From: Candidatus Hodarchaeota archaeon | GTDB taxonomy: Archaea > Asgardarchaeota > Heimdallarchaeia > Hodarchaeales > Hodarchaeaceae | Length of the DNA stretch: 24,987 nt | Direction: 5' to 3' | Assembly: GCA_029856365.1 (NCBI GenBank) | Contig: JAHQWW010000053.1 | Span: forward strand, 1 to 24,987 | In this document: piece by piece, positions 24,415-24,987 of the stretch | How positions within the stretch are numbered: the first letter of the stretch is position 1 | Layout: each line of letters begins with the position of its first letter | Notes under the pieces: model-generated | The model's input: only the letters and a program-made list of their open reading frames with translations | Databases searched by the model: none | Told to the model about the DNA's origin: nothing | Program-made: the position numbers and the translations under genes

Positions 24415-24726
24415 TTAATAAAAAGTAAATACTACAAGACTTTTAATTGTGTTCCAAAATCAACTAAAAGAGGTTTTAATACTTTTGAAGGAATGGTCTT
24501 TGGGTCTCAAAATCTCAGAAAGGAGAAATCTAATGATTAGAAATCCTTATGCTAACAATTGAATATTGTTTTTTCTTATTTTGAGTTGTATAAATCGTTT
24601 AAACTTCTGATCGTGAATTCTCTTAATCTATCAGATGAACCTTGAAAAAAATAAGTACTTAATTAATGTTAGTTGACCTCTTGAAAATCCTAGGAACACA
24701 ATAGGATTACTACAAACGTGAGTAAA

Positions 24727-24987
24727 ATGACATTAATAGATATTATCAATCGAATTGAAGATAATTTCCAGAAGAAACATCTTCCTGAAATTCAAAAATT
24801 CCTTCGACAACCTTCAATCTCTGCAACAGGTGAAGGGATTAAAAAAACCGCCGAAATATTAGCTAGAAAGATTAAAGCGCTCGGTGGGGAGAATGTCCAT
24901 CTTACAGAAACAATGGGAGAGGAATTCGGACATCCACAAGTCTATGGAGAAATTTGGGCTAACAAGAAAAAACCAACGATCCTATTC
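24727..24987 (+). CDS. M20/M25/M40 family metallopeptidase (ArgE/DapE/dipeptidase-like), 3'-truncated by window edge
   Basis: Manual translation: MTLIDIINRIEDNFQKKHLPEIQKFLRQPSISATGEGIKKTAEILARKIKALGGENVHLTETMGEEFGHPQVYGEIWANKKKPTILF. FLRQPSIS, GHPxVYG and PTILF are typical of the region before the YGHYD metal motif. Confidence 0.85.
   Translation, partial: MTLIDIINRIEDNFQKKHLPEIQKFLRQPSISATGEGIKKTAEILARKIKALGGENVHLTETMGEEFGHPQVYGEIWANKKKPTILF

Noticed and set aside
24236-24418. 60-aa plus-strand ORF in the track
   Set aside because: It is the antisense shadow of the ABC ATPase relic on the minus strand.
24686-24708. AATCCTA-N9-TAGGATT inverted repeat before the M20 peptidase
   Set aside because: A 7-bp arm in AT-rich DNA is within chance expectation and does not resemble the E. 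coli NikR operator.
1-24987. CRISPR array, rRNA, tRNA, IS or transposase, selenocysteine or pyrrolysine readthrough
   Set aside because: I saw no regularly spaced repeats, GC-rich structured RNA blocks, transposase motifs or in-frame recoding candidates. An Infernal/tRNAscan run would be needed to exclude small RNAs.

Overview
AT-rich archaeal chromosomal window. It contains an archaeal histone, an AOR, a SAMP/MoaD, GGTGA/GAGGTGA Shine-Dalgarno sites, BRE-TATA promoters, oligo-T terminators and a GFE-type C-terminal sorting signal. An Asgard archaeon (Heimdallarchaeia/Hodarchaeales-like) is my inference, not a verified assignment. Gene order: partial tungsten AOR; Gfo/Idh/MocA oxidoreductase; acyl-CoA ligase coupled to a SAMP/MoaD; form IV RuBisCO-like protein; large surface M6 metalloprotease with beta-propeller and CTERM anchor; unannotated 50-aa zinc-finger microprotein; orphan ECF S component; solitary TaqI/Eco57I-like amino-methyltransferase with a Zn-ribbon insertion; tandem histone doublet; convergent CaCA exchanger and SERCA-like P2A ATPase; YjbQ; PC4/YdbC-like small protein; acyl-CoA dehydrogenase; HicB-like/DinB fusion; MacroD macrodomain; coiled-coil/winged-helix protein; NikR; start of an M20 peptidase. 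Three spacers hide decayed gene relics (CheR, P-type ATPase, ABC ATPase). I recognised no rRNA, tRNA, CRISPR array or mobile element. The most interesting candidate is the asymmetric histone doublet next to the Zn-finger orphan DNA methyltransferase. All family calls come from motif recognition by eye; no searches were run.
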